A stretch of DNA of 64,000 nucleotides, from NCBI GenBank assembly GCA_030390025.1, contig CM059428.1, positions 92,690,001 to 92,754,000 on the forward strand, written 5' to 3'. This stretch comes from Squalus acanthias (lineage: Eukaryota). Under the pieces are notes generated by a model, which was not told where the DNA came from, did not search any database, and saw only the letters and a list, made by a program, of their open reading frames with translations. This document shows positions 22,301-36,191 of the stretch, piece by piece (the first letter of the stretch is position 1; the number at the start of each line of letters is the position of its first letter). A program made the position numbers and the translations under genes.

Positions 22301-25300
22301 CAGCATGCCCCAGTCCAGTCAAAAGCAGAAAATGTGAGATATGCACAGCAGGTCTGCCAGCATCTGAAAAAATAGGTCGCTATTTTGGGTAGGGACACTT
22401 ATTGAACCAACAAAAAAAAATCTCTATTCAAAACAATAACCCATGTTTTTTCTTTTTAGATGCTGAATGAGATTTCGGGAAGGTGCAGTTTTCTTTTTCC
22501 TTTTAAACATTTCATTGTATTTTCTATGGTGGATGCAGTAACATTTTTCACTCCTAACACACTGTCCTGTTGTTGAGGCCTGTTATCTGATCCCACCTTC
22601 ACAATTAAAAAAATACTGACCCGTTTCAAAAGTTGGTACATATAAACTTCTACGATCCTACAATATGTTTTATTGCTGCTGAGAAACCGTATAAAAAGGA
22701 ATAGAAGGAGCACTCTTACAAATAATTATTTCAACAAAGGTTTCCATTTTTGATAAGTGAAAAGCAGGATGGTTGCCATGATGGCCATGAGATCGTGTAG
22801 GGTCTTCTGCATAAATTGAGTTTCGCACCTGAGCCAGCGAGACCAAAAATCACTAAAGGTGTGCACGACACAGCAGCATTAGGCAATGATGATAGGTTTG
22901 TGCCCATTAAATGCATATTTAGTAGCTTAAGGACGGGCTCAGCAGCATTTTGCAGATACGTTCCAATTGGCTTCTCCGTTATCTGTTAGTTGTAATGCAT
23001 CTGAACTTGGACTGAATAAAGTTGCACAGGCCTGGCAGTATGCTAAAAATAGAGCAAGTAAAAATTAACATGCATTTAACAGACTCGCAGGGCAATAAGA
23101 GCAAATTAACCCACAAAGAGAAAACAAGTTATTCATTAGGTTAAGTTTAGCGTATGGATTTCTGAGTTCTTAATCACATGCACTGATTCTGCACAAAATA
23201 CCTGACTAAATCAACCTCATTTTTCTTTTATTTAAAAAAAGAAACTTGAAAAATATTCCCCTTTTTTCTTGTTTTCAAGAGACCTCATTTTCAAGGAGGC
23301 CTAATTGTCTTCCATTGGGAGTTTTTAATCTGGAACCTGCTGCCGGTAAAGGTCTGGGTCTGATACTAAATAACAAGCACTGGAAATGATATTGTGGAAC
23401 TAGAAAGTACCGTGGCACTAGAAGCTGACAGCATGAAGACTCGGGAGCAGAGTAAATGAACCATGTAAAAAGCAATGTCAGCGCGGGCTAATCTGCACCT
23501 GTGACTGTCAGTACTGCTGGTGTAGATTCAGATTTAGTACCAGTACGTGCAGAAGTGGTACTGATGCAGGTTTAATATTTCTACCAGGCACCAACTACTT
23601 TTTTCCCTCCTGAAGACTGACTCATGCTGGGGTAAAATTCCATATGCGCCTGCAGTAGCTATCCTTCAAGTGTGAAGTGGCCATCTAATTGAGGCTTTTA
23701 AAATTCTGGAAGGTTTTAAGCAGCAAAAGGCTACTTCCAGTAGTTGGCGAATCAGTAACAAGAGGGTGCAAACTCAGGGTTATTACTAGAAGAGTGATGG
23801 AGGAAGTTAGAAGGGATAGTAGAACAGGGAATGCTTTACCACAAGTATTGAGGCAGATGCCCCAATATTAACTGGAGAGGTGGGGCAGTGGGGGCGGTTT
23901 TTGGTGGGTGTGAATTGATTCCAGTTCAAAACTCACCCGCTCAGGATAAAGTGAGGCCCGGGTTATTTTAACTCCTGGGCCTCAATTAAAAGCCGCCAGT
24001 CGACTTGCTACCCATTAGGGGTAGAAAGTCAGCACAAAGCACCGCAAATTCGCACAGCTCAGAGGCCACACACCAAGAGAAGAATCAGCTTCCGGGGATC
24101 CCTATGATCGAGAGGGGAGGGCACGATTGCAGCAGAAGAGGCCTAAGATTCCCTATGAGACCTGGAGGTCCAGCAAAGTAGTCACTGTGAGCAGCAAATG
24201 CAACATCCTAGATTGGAAAAAGTCGATGTAAATGATTGTCTCACACGAAGAAGTGTTTGGGACTCTGTACAGTGGTGTTGGAGGAGGTGATTGGGCAGGT
24301 CTTTCAGTTCCTGCGATTACAGGGAAAAGTTCCAGCTGGAAATTGGGGTGGTGGAAGAGTGAACAATTCTGTCCCAGAGTGAGTAATCCCACCAGAAAGC
24401 AAAGAGGAAGGGAAAGGGAAGTGCTTGGTGGTGTGATCATGTTGTAGGAGATGGAAATTGCAGAAAGTGGTCTGGCAAATATGGAGACTAGTAGAATGAA
24501 ACTTTCTCCTGAATCTACTCTGAGCTGAAGAATTTATGATATAAAGGGGGAGTTTGAAGCTGTGCTTCCATTACAACACACAGACACAGGTTAGTCCTGC
24601 TGCAATTGGACAAAGGAGTTAGATAAAACTAGTTGATTCATCCCATGGGGTTAACATACTTCTATTTATAGCAGTGGCCTGGTTGTGTTGGTTTTCATTT
24701 GACAGGTAGTAAAGGTGCTAGTTTTCATGGATCTCATATGTCTTGTGCATTGAAGTCCCTCCTGACTTCAGGTGTTTCCTCTGTAGACCCCTGACGGATT
24801 CTTTTCTCCCCTTTTTAAAAGACTAACTGTCTGACAGGTTGACTAATGTTTGCTTGCAAGAAATAAAAAGTAATATATAATGTCCTGGAGCTGTAACCAT
24901 TCTTGTTGCCATAATCATTATTTGAGAAGTGGTTAAAAAAAATAGAATACAGGTGAGAATTAGAATAGATTTTTTTTAATAGACTTTGGTGAGGACAAAG
25001 TCAGATTCGCAAGTCAGCACAAACCAAAAGAAGTATTAATCTAACCAGGATTGTTCTGCCCAGAAACTTTACTGCCTTAAAGGTGCAATCCATTTATATC
25101 AGCAAAAACTGCTAATGTAGTTTATAGCCTTAAAATTGGGCGACTCGGCTCCTGGTGTACAGTCTCGCTCAACAAAATGCTGATCGGAGAATCAGCTCAA
25201 AGGTTTGAGCGGCTAATTCGTGGTACTGCCAATATTCTGACCATTAAAACCAATAGACAGAAAATTGGGAGTGTCACGAATTAGGCACAATAAGCCCCAC

Positions 25301-25356
25301 ACCTGATCCAGTGAGACTCCATGCTGGGAGCAGAGTCTCACAATTTTAGAGCTTAT

Positions 25357-25531
25357 CGGGATCATTTTAACTTTTATCACCAGGCAAAAATCGGATGATA
25401 GTGAATCGGTAGTGCATTTCACACCTTGCCCGATTTTGTTTTCTATGGAAAAGAAAATTGGGCAAGGTGTAAAAAAGGCTCCCGATTGGCTATCACCTGT
25501 TGTCGTGATGATAAACGCTAAAATGACCCCC
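25357..25531. repeat. Palindromic mini-element
   Basis: TCATTTT..TTTATCA..CACCTTGCCCGATTTT / AAAATTGGGCAAGGTG..TGATAAA..AAAATGA arms. Confidence 0.8.
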
Positions 25532-25554
25532 TATAAGTGTGTTAAGAGATTCAG

Positions 25555-25940
25555 GCCGAGAAATTTGCAGTCTTACCGCTGGCCGTTAAGGCCCATTTTG
25601 GGGAAAAAATAGGCCGCCGCCGCACTACCAACCACTGCCAGCAGCTCCCACGGCGGCCGCCATTTTCAGCAAGTGGGTAGTGCTGCCGTTGCCTGCGCTC
25701 GCCGAAAGTATTATAATTAGTCGAAGCGTGACGTCAATCGGTGTGCCGAGTTGACGGTCACTCGTCCATTTTGGATATCGCCGCTCCTCTTGCCACCCTC
25801 TTCAAAGCATGCCTGTGTGTGCAGCCACTAAAACTGCTTCAGTAGCGTAAACAGCCACCAAAACGCTTCAACTGACAAATGTGAGACAGACAGAAATATT
25901 ATCTCCACGTAGCAGTGTTTCTATTAATTGTAAGCCTAGG
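25555..25940. mobile_element. Left part of a Harbinger-type element, interrupted by a LINE
   Basis: Starts GGCCGAGAAATTTGC, CpG-rich, with a TGACGTCA motif like the other Harbinger ends. Confidence 0.5.
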
Positions 25941-25944
25941 TCAT

Positions 25945-28783
25945 TTTTTTATTTGTTTATGGGATGTGAGCGTCGCTGGCAAGGCCGGCATTTATTGCCC
26001 ATCCCTAATTGCCCTTGAGAAGGTGGTGGTGAGCCGCCTTCTTGAACCACTGCAGTCCATGTGGTGATGGTAGTCCCACAGTGCTGTTCTGGGAGGGAGT
26101 TCCAGGATTTTGACCCAGCGACTATGAACGATCGGCGATATACTTCTAAGTCAGGATGGTGTGTGACTTGGAGGGGAACTTGGAGGTGGTGGTGTTCCCA
26201 TGCACCTGCTGCCCTTGTCCTTCTAGGTGGAAGAGGTCGCGGGTTTGGGAGGTGCTGCCAAGGAAGCCTTGGTGAGTTGCTGCAGTGCATCTTGTAGATG
26301 GTACACACTGCACCCACGGTACGCCGGTGGTGGAGGGAGTGAATGTTTAAGGTGGTGGATGGGGTGCCAATCAAGCGGGCTGCTTTGTCCTGGATGGTGT
26401 CGAGCTTCTTGAGTGTTGTTGGAGCTGCACTCATCCAGGCAAGTGGAGAGTATTCCATCACATTCCTTACTTGTGCCTTGTAGATGGTGGAAAGGCTTTG
26501 GGGAGTCAGGAGGTGAGACACTCACCGCAGAATACCTAGCCTCTGACCTGCTTTTGTTGCCACAGTATTTATGTGGCTGGTCCAGTTAAGTTTCTGGTCA
26601 ATGGTGACCCCCAGGATGTTGATGGTGGGGGATTCGGTGATGGAAATGCTGTTGAATGTCAAGGGGAGGTGGTTAGACTCTCGTTTGTTGGAGATAGTCA
26701 TTGCCTGGCACTTCTGTGGCGCGAATGTTACCTGCCACTTATCAGCCCAAGCCTGAACGTCGTCCAGGTCTTGTTGCATGCGGGCATGGACTGCTTCATT
26801 ATCTGAGGAGTTGTGAATGGCACTGAACACTGTACAGTCATCAGCAAACATCCCCATTTCTGACATTATGTTGGAGGGAAGGTCATTGATGAAGCAGCTG
26901 AAGATGCTTGGGCCTAGGACACTGCCCTGAGGAACTCCTGCAGCGATGTCCTGGGGCTGAGATGATTGACCTTCAACCACCACAACCATCTTCCTTTGTG
27001 CTAGGTATGACTCCAGCCAGTGGAACGTTTTCCCCCCCGATTCCCATTGACTTCAGTTTTACTAGGACTCCTTGATGCCATACTCGGTCAAATGCTGCCT
27101 TGATGTCAAGGGCAGTCACTATCACCTCACCCCTGGAATTCAGCTCATTTGTCCATGTTTGGACCAAGGCTGTAATGAGGTCGGGAGCCAAGTAATCTTG
27201 GCGGAAACCAAACTGGGCAGCAGTGAGCAGGTTTTTGGTGAGTAAGTGCCGCTTGATAGCACTGTCGACGACACCTTCCATCACTTTGCTGATGATTGAG
27301 AGTAGACTGATGGGGCGGTAATTGGCCGGGTTTGATTTGTCCTGCATTTTGTGGACAGGACATACCTGGGCAGTTTTCCACATTGTCCGGTAGAAGCCAG
27401 TGTTGTAGCTGTACTGGAACAGCTTGGCTAGAGGCACGGCTAGTTCTGGAGCACAAGTCTTCGGCACGATAGCCGATTTTGTTTGGGGCCCATAGCCTTT
27501 GCTGTATCCAGTGCGCTCAGTCGTTTCTTGATATCACGTGGAGTGAATCGAATTGGCTGAAGACTGGCTTCTGTGATGGTGGGGACCTCTGGAGGAGGCC
27601 GATATGGATCATCACTTCTGTCTGAAGATGGTTGCAAACACTTCAGCCTTGACTTTTGCACTCACATGCTGGGCTCCACCATCATTGAGGATGGGGATAT
27701 TCATGGAGCCTCCTCCCCCATTAGTTGTTTAATGGTCCACCACCATTCACGACTGGATGTGGCAGGACTGCAGAGCTTTGATCTGATCCGTTGATTGTGG
27801 GATCGCTGAGCCCTGTCTATAGCATGCTTCTTCCGCTTTTTAGCATGCATGTAGTCCTGTGTTGCAGCTTCCCCAGGTTGGCACCTCATTTTTAGGTACG
27901 CCTGGTGCTGCTCCTGGCATGCTCTTCTACACTCCTTATTGAAACAGGGTTGGTCCCCTGGCTTGATAGGTAATGGTAGAGTGAGGGATATGCCAGGCCA
28001 TGAGGTTACAGATTGTAGTGGAATACAATTCTGCTGCTGCTGATGGCCCATAGCGCCTCATGGATGCCCAGTTTTGAGCTGCTAGATCTGTTCTGAATCT
28101 ATCCCATTTAGCACGGTGGTAGTGCCACACAACACGATGGAGGGTGTCCTCAGTGTGAAGATGGGACTTCGTCTCCACAATGACTGTGCGGTGGTCACTG
28201 CTACCAATACTACCATGGACAGATGCATCTGTGACAGGTAGATTGGTGAGGACGATGTCAAGTAGGTTTTTCCCTCATGTTGGTTCTCTCACCACCTGTC
28301 GCAAGCCCAGACTGGCAGTTATGTCCTTCAGGACTCGGCCAGCTCGGTCAGTAGTGGTGCTACCGAGCCACTCTTGGTGATGGACATTGAAGTCCCCCAC
28401 CCAGAGTACACTCTGTGCCCTTGCTACTCTCAGTGCTTCTTCCAAATGGTGTTCAACATGGAGGAGTACTGATTCATCAGCTGAGGGAGGGTGGCAAGTG
28501 GTAATCAGCAAGAGGTTTCCTTGCCCATGCTTGACTTGAAGCCATGAGACTTCATGGGGTCCGGAGTCAATGTTGAGGGCTCCCAGGGCCACTCCTTCCC
28601 GACTGTATACCACTGTGCCACCACCCCTGGTAGGTCTGTCCTGCCGGTGGGACAGGACATACCCAGGGATGGTGATGGAGGAGTTTGGGACATTGGCTGA
28701 AACGTATGATTCTGTGAGTATGACTATGTTGCTTGACTAGTCTGTGGGACAGCTCTCCCAATTTTGGCACAAGTCCCCAGATG
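25945..28783 (-). mobile_element. Near-complete ORF2 of a Jockey/CR1-group LINE (APE endonuclease + RT), frameshifted
   Basis: APE motifs (KLGELSHRLVKQ, WVGDFNVHH), RT motifs (NYRPISLL, QFGFR, ALDIKAAFDRVWH, GVPQGSVLGP, MFADD), 3' tail. Confidence 0.95.
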
Positions 28784-30129
28784 TCTTGAAAGCTAACCTT
28801 TGGGATTTGTAGGTAAAATTAAAAAAACATTTTGGTGGTTTGCTTATTTGAAACTGTCCTGTCTGAGATTGTAATACTGAATGTGTAACAAATGGGAAGA
28901 TGCAGAATATTGCAAGTGATTACTTCTGAGTGACGATAAGAGTAAGCTTGAGGTTTGGATTAGGAATCACTGATGGATATTCAGTGTTTCGATCTGATAT
29001 CTGAAGTGTGAATTGAAATTGTTGAAGTTATCCATTATGAGCACTTTCTCCTCACCATGGAGTAGTAAAAAGCCCTCAGTTGTCAGACCCTCCTAAGCCA
29101 GTGACTAAAGTGACCTCAGCTTATCAATGAAATTATGACTACAGTGTAATGGTTTCAAAAACTACAAAGCGCTGGATTTGATCGTTCCTGTCCTATATCT
29201 TTTTCTTCCTGCTACATGAAAATGTAAACAAGCATTTAAAATAAAGAGCTTGGCTCAGTCTCTATTCCTTTTGAATGAGATGTGCTTAAAGTGATAGGGG
29301 AGAGTCCTTGAAAGCATTAAATGGGCCACCTTGGCTCAATGGCAAAACAAACTGTGATCCCTTTCAACAACACTGAATGCTGCATATCTTCTTCAACACA
29401 ATGAGAGGTACTGAATTCTAATAATTAATTTGCCCTGTTGTACACCCATACCCTCCCCCTTCTCCTCCGATCCCATAAAACCCGAAGTCCGATCAAACCA
29501 CAAACTTCCCTGACGCAGTCGACAGATTCCCCATAAATGCATAAACAATTTGCCTGTAATATTGATTGGTGGCAGGTAAATTGTTGTAACAAATACGGCA
29601 ACTGATCTGTATGTGGCCTAAAGGTTCACTCGTTTCTTCCCTGCTCTCCTTAAATGAAGTGGAAGACAGACATGACCTCCTGCTGAGCTTAGCGCTGGAA
29701 AGAGCATGTTACACCACAAATTCTCCGCACCACTGATGTTAATTAGCAGGCAACACCAAAATAGCGGTGCTGTCTGCGCTCTCTCTGCGGACAGCCACTG
29801 CCTTGCCGGCACTGTTACCGGCAGGTTTCCAGCATACTGCAATTTCTCGGCCTCAATGTTTTTTTTGTTTTATTTTTCTAGAGTGTTACATTGGTTTACA
29901 TGTTGGGAGTCATTGTACATTTTTAACCTGAAGGTAATGGCCAAGATGCTATTAAGGTAGACAATTAAGAGTAAACTTAGTATGACGATGCTTCCAGCAC
30001 TGAACCTCATGATGAAAAATTGGATGTGCCACAATCTGTGTCTGATTCTCCAATCATTGCTCCTGTCAGGAGTGTAGCCTCACTAAATTTACCCTTTAAT
30101 TTCTTGTGTTTAGAATACAGGAACCTGAG

Positions 30130-32983
30130 GGAAAGTTGTTATTTTTGGGAGCAGGTTGAGAACCCGCTGTCATCCCGCTCCCATGCGCCTTTCCCCAGGC
30201 GCATCTGTCAGTGCATATGCGACCCAACTGGCAGAGGCAGGCGACCAAATTTAAAGTATTAGCAGCTTGTTGTCAGACCCTTAAGAGTGGTTTTAACCTT
30301 ACCTTTTAAATTTAGCTGGATGGCCACGGGAAACATGCTGCTCGGGAACTACGTCTGTCAACCTGAGGCAGGAGTTCAGTGGCCATTGCTCCAGCTGATT
30401 ACTTGACAGCATGAAATGTACTTTAAAAGCTCCCACTTGACAGATGATCACTTTCCTCAACAGAAGCTGTTTCTCACTGCATTCCCAGCACAGATTCTGT
30501 AGGCTGCAGTCTTTCCAGCAAAGTCGCCATCCAGTCTCACCTCATTGGAAGAACCTCTCTCACCAGTGACAGATTGCTTCTGTCATCTCTACTTGACCTG
30601 CCATCTATTCCATCAGCATGGATGCCATTTATACTGTCTCACCTTGGTCCTCAGAATCTGACCACGATGAGCCCCAACACCAGCAGCACCAGGCACACTA
30701 GCAGCACCAACAACACCACCAACCTTCTCCGCAATCACCTGATGCTGCACAGGACACAGGGCATCAGCACCCGACCATATTGCTGCCTGGGAGGCCTGGG
30801 ATGGCCTCATCATGGCCAGATTTACTTCACTTGACGCTGTACACCCATATGGCTGCCACATGATGTGCCAGGTTGGCACCACCCCACAGCAACATCATAA
30901 GACATCCCTGCAATGACCAAGCCATTCCTTTCACACTCACCACCATCACTGGAGATACTGTTATGTCTCACCATTCACTGCAACTCACTAAGCCACTTAC
31001 AAAGGTCACACAAATCTGTCCAAGACCAGAAAGTGTTGAAAATAAAGATTTTTATGTTTGACAGCACATTAACGGAAACTTTACATAAGCATTGGATAAA
31101 ACACCCAAGTGGCTACCCTTGTGAATCTACTTGCATGCCATCTTTCTCTTCTGCGTGCTTCTATGAGGTGCTAGGCCTGTGGCTTCAGCAGAGGTAGAGG
31201 CAGCCTGCTCAGTTCCCTACTGCCAAGGAGCTGGAGAGCACCTTGCTGCACATCAGTGGGGCCATGAGGACCCACATCTACGCTGACATCCCTCCTAGAG
31301 AGGAGGTCTATGAGCCTCTGCCATCTATTCTCCATAGATAGCCATCCATCCTCCATATAGAGACCATGTGCTCCTGTGAGTGGCGCATTAGCTGCTCCAT
31401 GCAGGTGGCCACCCTATCCATGGAGGAGCCTACAGTCGCCATCGCCTGTGACACGGAGGTGCTCATGTTGGAGATGGACTCCTCCATTCTTTGAACATTT
31501 GCAGACATTGGGCTCGCAAAACCTGTCAGAGCCTCCTGTACTTCCTGCACGACCAGGATCGCCCTCTTTCTGGATGGCCCCCGAGGCTCAGCGTCTGCAT
31601 GCAGCTGAGCAGAGCTGGGAGCGTCCTGCGCCCTCCAGCGAGGACTCTCCACTGCTGTCCCTGTCTCCACCATCTGCTCTTGCTCACTTGTGAGTTGTGA
31701 GACACCACGTGACAACGCTACTCGATCTCGCGTGGCACCCACCCAGGTGGGTGTATCTGCGCTGGTGCTGGGCGCGCTTATGTCTGGTGATGCTGCACCC
31801 TCAGAGGCTGGAGGCTCCTCTGAGGAGTCATCTTCCTCTTGCTCCTGGACAGTAGTGGCGGTGGGAGGCGGCGGGGGGGGGGCTCTTGATGGACCTCTGG
31901 GAGAGTAAAGAGATGAGTTAGATATGCCATATGAAGAATGGGTACAGATATCATTATGCACATGATGACCATTCAGTGGCTGCTGACATCAGTGTCCATA
32001 TGAGTGACTGATATATGCCATGTAGCTGTATGATATGTAATTCTGTCACCAGGTTGCTGAGATGTCCCCCTCTCTCCATCTCCCACCTCCAGCTGCTCGG
32101 CGACTCCAGATATTTCTAAAGCAGCCTCCGCTGCTGTTGTAAGGTTTGCAAATAATGGAGGGCCACCGCTGGTTCTCTCCCTCTCCCTCTTATTTTGGGC
32201 TCTCTTTTCCTGCAAAGAGGGAAAGAAGAGAAGATTGTGAGAGTGCAGGAATGAGTGTAAGGAATGGATGGGTTATGTCTTTAGAGGGTGACTATGATGG
32301 AATTGGGTGCCAAAGCCAAGTGGCCTCTTTGTGTGTTGTTAGTTGGTATGATTGCACTAGAATGAGGGTGAGTGTGAGGGGCGGCTAGTGAGATGGGGAT
32401 GTGATAATGTAGATAGAGAGAGAGGGATGGGTGGTCATACAAGGTAAGTTGGTGTGAGTAAGGATGTGCAGGAGTAGGGTTGGGAAGGCAGAGTGATGGA
32501 GATGTGATGAGAGGCACAGCAGGATGAAGGTGAGTGTGGCTTTGTACTCACCTTTCCTGATCTACTGAGATCATTGAAATGTTTGCAGCACTGCACCCAG
32601 GTCCTCCTGACCATATCCCTGCTGGTGACCTCCTCTGCAATCTCCAACCAGGCTGTTTTGGTGTCCTGGGGAGGTCTCTTCTGCCCATTGAAAAGGAAGA
32701 GGACCTCCCTGCGTGCTCTGACTCCCTCCATAAGCACTATGTTACATTGACATTCAAATCCAATATGACCATGGCTCCTTGAAAGATCTCAGCTGAAAAC
32801 ACGTCATCGATGACGTCACCAGACCCACACCATTTAATTGGGCTAGGTAACCCGCAGGGCGGGCTTAATAGGCCCTATTAACGTAAAGTTGTTTATAGCA
32901 GCGGGATGGAGCCAGCAGTGGGGTCGCGACCTGCCATCGCCACCACCCGCAGCGGACCCGCCCAGGTAAGCAAAATTCCGGCC
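30130..32983. mobile_element. PIF/Harbinger element with deleted transposase and 3-exon Myb/SANT gene remnant
   Basis: Right terminus GCAAAATTCCGGCC; 30520-31125 and 32300-32740 are homologous to the interior of 8706-11999; left end degenerate. Confidence 0.8.
31308..32737 (-). pseudogene. Harbinger Myb/SANT-like protein (exons ~32737-32552, 32209-32050, 31896-~31308)
   Basis: LMEGVRARREVLF..AWLEIAEEV..RRTWVQCCKHFNDLSRSGK|GTGAGT; EKRAQNKRERERTSGGPP; acidic, low-complexity exon 3; canonical GT-AG sites. Confidence 0.82.
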
Positions 32984-34439
32984 AGAATTTCTTCACTGGG
33001 ACAGTGGGGAGAGTGGGGAGGTAGATTTTGACATTATATGTTGCTCCCCTGCAGTTTCCAATGATATATATCCATGCCAAACATAGTAGCATTACTTTTG
33101 TGACTGCATTCGCAGTCTTCCCCCATGACCTCGGATTATCTCAGGATTAGTTACATTTGGGGGTGCATTAGAATACATATTTTATGCAGTAAATAAAACT
33201 GACAGTAAACTGATAAAAAGGAATGCTTCGATCTTACCTCTCTACAAGGGGAGTGGAGACAGAGGGAGGGAGAGAAAATTGGCAAGAAGACAGCACCATA
33301 CACAAGTGAAAGTTGTAAATTAAATGGTACTTCAATTCTATGGCATATACATGCTAATCATTATACGGAAAATAAATGCCAGTCTCCTGTTTTATATTCT
33401 TTAGTCTCATGATGCTCCATTCACAGATTAAACAAGTTCTAAACTAGTGATTAAATGACTGCACCATCACAGAAGACTTTCATATTCATACATTTTTCAT
33501 CTTACCTCAGGTCAAAACTTAAATACTTAACTAGAAGTGTGAGGGAACCTAAGAACCAGCCACGCAGAGGTGGTATGCTTTGTGTTTGTCTTGATTTAAC
33601 ACATTTCAGTAGCATAAGCTATTTTTGTCTTTTTATATACTAACTATGCAGCAAAATATTCAGTGAAGAAGCATATTCAATGTACACATGAATTTGATTG
33701 CAACTCCCGCCCAAACCAGTATGACAAATGGGCAGTTTTGTAAATGAAGCAGCTAGACGATTACTTTCATGCACAAAATACCCAATAGGAAGCAAAAAAC
33801 ATTCTATAATCATAATAACCTCCTAAGCAAAATCTAATTAAAAACAGCAAAAATATTCAGTTTTACCTTTTGAATTCTATGCCCTGTATCAAATCATCAT
33901 ATTTTTAATTATCTGTTGCCACAGGAAATGGTCGCCGGTTCCACCCACTCAGCTCATTGAAGTATTTGTTGCTTCCTGTAAAATTCGAATAATTCCTGTT
34001 GCTCTAATCAGCCTCTGTTCACAGCAGCCTACTATATCGGCCCATCTGTCAACTAGCCTGCGCGCACCGATGAAAATTTCAATCTTGAAAGCAAATCAAT
34101 AAGAAAGATAATTAGTTGTTGGTTCCTGAAAGTGCTGCTTTTTAATAAAACGTTGATATTGTTGCCACCTTTGCTTTTTTTATTTAATGGAAGAAGTTTA
34201 TATATCAAAGAAAATCATACATTTATATATAAAAAAGTTTCTGCAAACTTTCACATCATTTTCCTATTTTGTGTGGTCATTGAATAATCAAGTAACAAAA
34301 TTGATATGCCAGCATCAAACACTTCTAAATCAGATTTAAAGGTAACATTTCAGTGATCGAACCTTGTTATATCTCTAAGCACTGTACTACAAAACGTTCA
34401 CACCACATAAGTGACAGACGATATAAGAAAAAATCCACA

Positions 34440-35480
34440 CAACAACAACTTGTATTTATATAGCACCTTTAACGTAGTAAAATGTCCCAAGGCGCTTCAC
34501 AGGAGTATTAAAAGACAAAAAATTTGACACCGAGCTACATAAGGAGAAATTAGGGCAGGTGACCAAAAGCTTGATCAAAGAGGTAGGTTTTAAGGAGCGT
34601 CTTAATGGAGGAAAGAGAGGTAGCGAGGCGGACAGGTTTAGGCGGGAATTCCAGAGCTTAGGGCCTAGGCAACAGAAGGCACGGCCACCAATGGTTGAGC
34701 GATTATAATCAGAGATGCTCAAGAGGGCAGAATTAGAGGAGCGCAGATATCTCGGGGGGTTGTGGGGCTGAAGGAGATTACAGAGATAGGGAGGGGCGAG
34801 GACATGGAGGGATTTGAAAACAAGGATGAGAATTTTGAAATCGAGGCGTTGCTTAATGGGGAGCCAGTGTAGGTCAGCGAGCACAGGGGTGATGAGTGAA
34901 CGGGACTTGGTGCGAGTTAGGACACGGGCAGCCGAGTTTTGGATGACCTCAAGTTTATGAAGGGTAGAATGTGGGAGACCAGCCAGGAGTGCATTGGAAT
35001 AGTGAAGTCTAGAGGTAACAAAGACATGGATGAGGGTTTCAGCAGCAGATGAGCTGAGGCAAGGGCGGAGACGGGTGATGTTACGGAGGTGGAAATAGGA
35101 AGACTTAGTTATGGTGCGGATATGTGGTCGGAAGCTCATTTCAGGGTCAAATACGACACCAAGGTTGCGAACAGTGTGGTTCAGCCTTAGACAGATGTTA
35201 GGGAGAGGGATGGAGTCAGTGGCTAGGGAACGGAGTTTGTGGCGGGGACCGAAACCAATGGCTTCGGTCTTCCCAATATTTAATTGGAGAAAATTTCTGC
35301 TCATCCAGTACTGGATGTTGGACAAACAGTCTGACAATTTAGAGACCGTGGAGGTGTCGAGAGAAGAGGTAGTGAGGTAGAGCTGGGTGAAGTTAGCGTA
35401 CATGTGGAAACTGACGCTGTGTTTTCGAATGATGTCACCAAGGGGCAACATGTAGATGAGAAATAGGAGGGGGCCAGGGA
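34440..35480 (-). mobile_element. L2 LINE 3' kilobase
   Basis: 347-aa ORF: [42 protein letters not shown]; (GTT)n tail. Confidence 0.93.
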
Positions 35481-36191
35481 TAGTGGAGAAAAGAAGCATG
35501 GGGTTATCCTTGTTTTTCAGGATGATCCTTGAGTAATAAATGGTTTTGGTAGAGGAGAGCGAGGCCTGATAGTGCTTGATGTGGTCCAGCCAGATATGGA
35601 GATCGATGGCTAAACTAGTTGTGCATCAGATACTCTCGGGTCTGCGTCCCTTGAACTTGAGGGAGTGAAGATGGGAGCCAAAGGAACAGCCAGAGTGGGA
35701 GAGAGTAAGGGTTTTACTGGGGATAAATGCATCAAAAGTGAAGGTACAGATTTGTTCTGCACATTTCCAGGGCTACGGCCTGTACGTGCATTGTACTAAG
35801 TATAATTTTCAATATTCAGCAGTCAGATTTACAAGCTATTGTCATGGTTACTAGCGATAATAAAAACGAACATTTTGTATATATTCAGTCCTGGCAGGAA
35901 TCTGAGCAGTTAAAAGAAGTCAAACTGTTTTAGTTTTGACCCTTTATGGCTTGAAAATTGTGGTTAATGTACATTGACATTCAGCTACCTGGACAAGATG
36001 ATGATTCAGAGTCTGTGCAGTAACAGTGATAATATGAAAGGATTTAATCTAGCTGTTCTTGTAGATTGCTAGAATATTATTATCTGTACTGCTCTGTTAA
36101 CAGAATAGCAGAAGTTGTTACATTGGGGAGAGTTTTATTTCCCCTCATGTTGGCACTTTCCAATGACATAATGTAACTGGATTGTAAGCTG

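Noticed and set aside
22318-22405. Possible Penelope-like terminal repeat fragment
   Set aside because: Only ~80 bp of degenerate resemblance; cannot be supported without a search.
30154-30169. GGTTGAGAACCCGCTG as the right TIR of the hAT starting at 21673
   Set aside because: No matching 8-bp TSD, and the context corresponds to the Harbinger left subterminal region (cf. 8776-8810).
34456-35499. 347-aa ORF as a functional RT gene
   Set aside because: 5'-truncated L2 with catalytic YADD changed to YANF.
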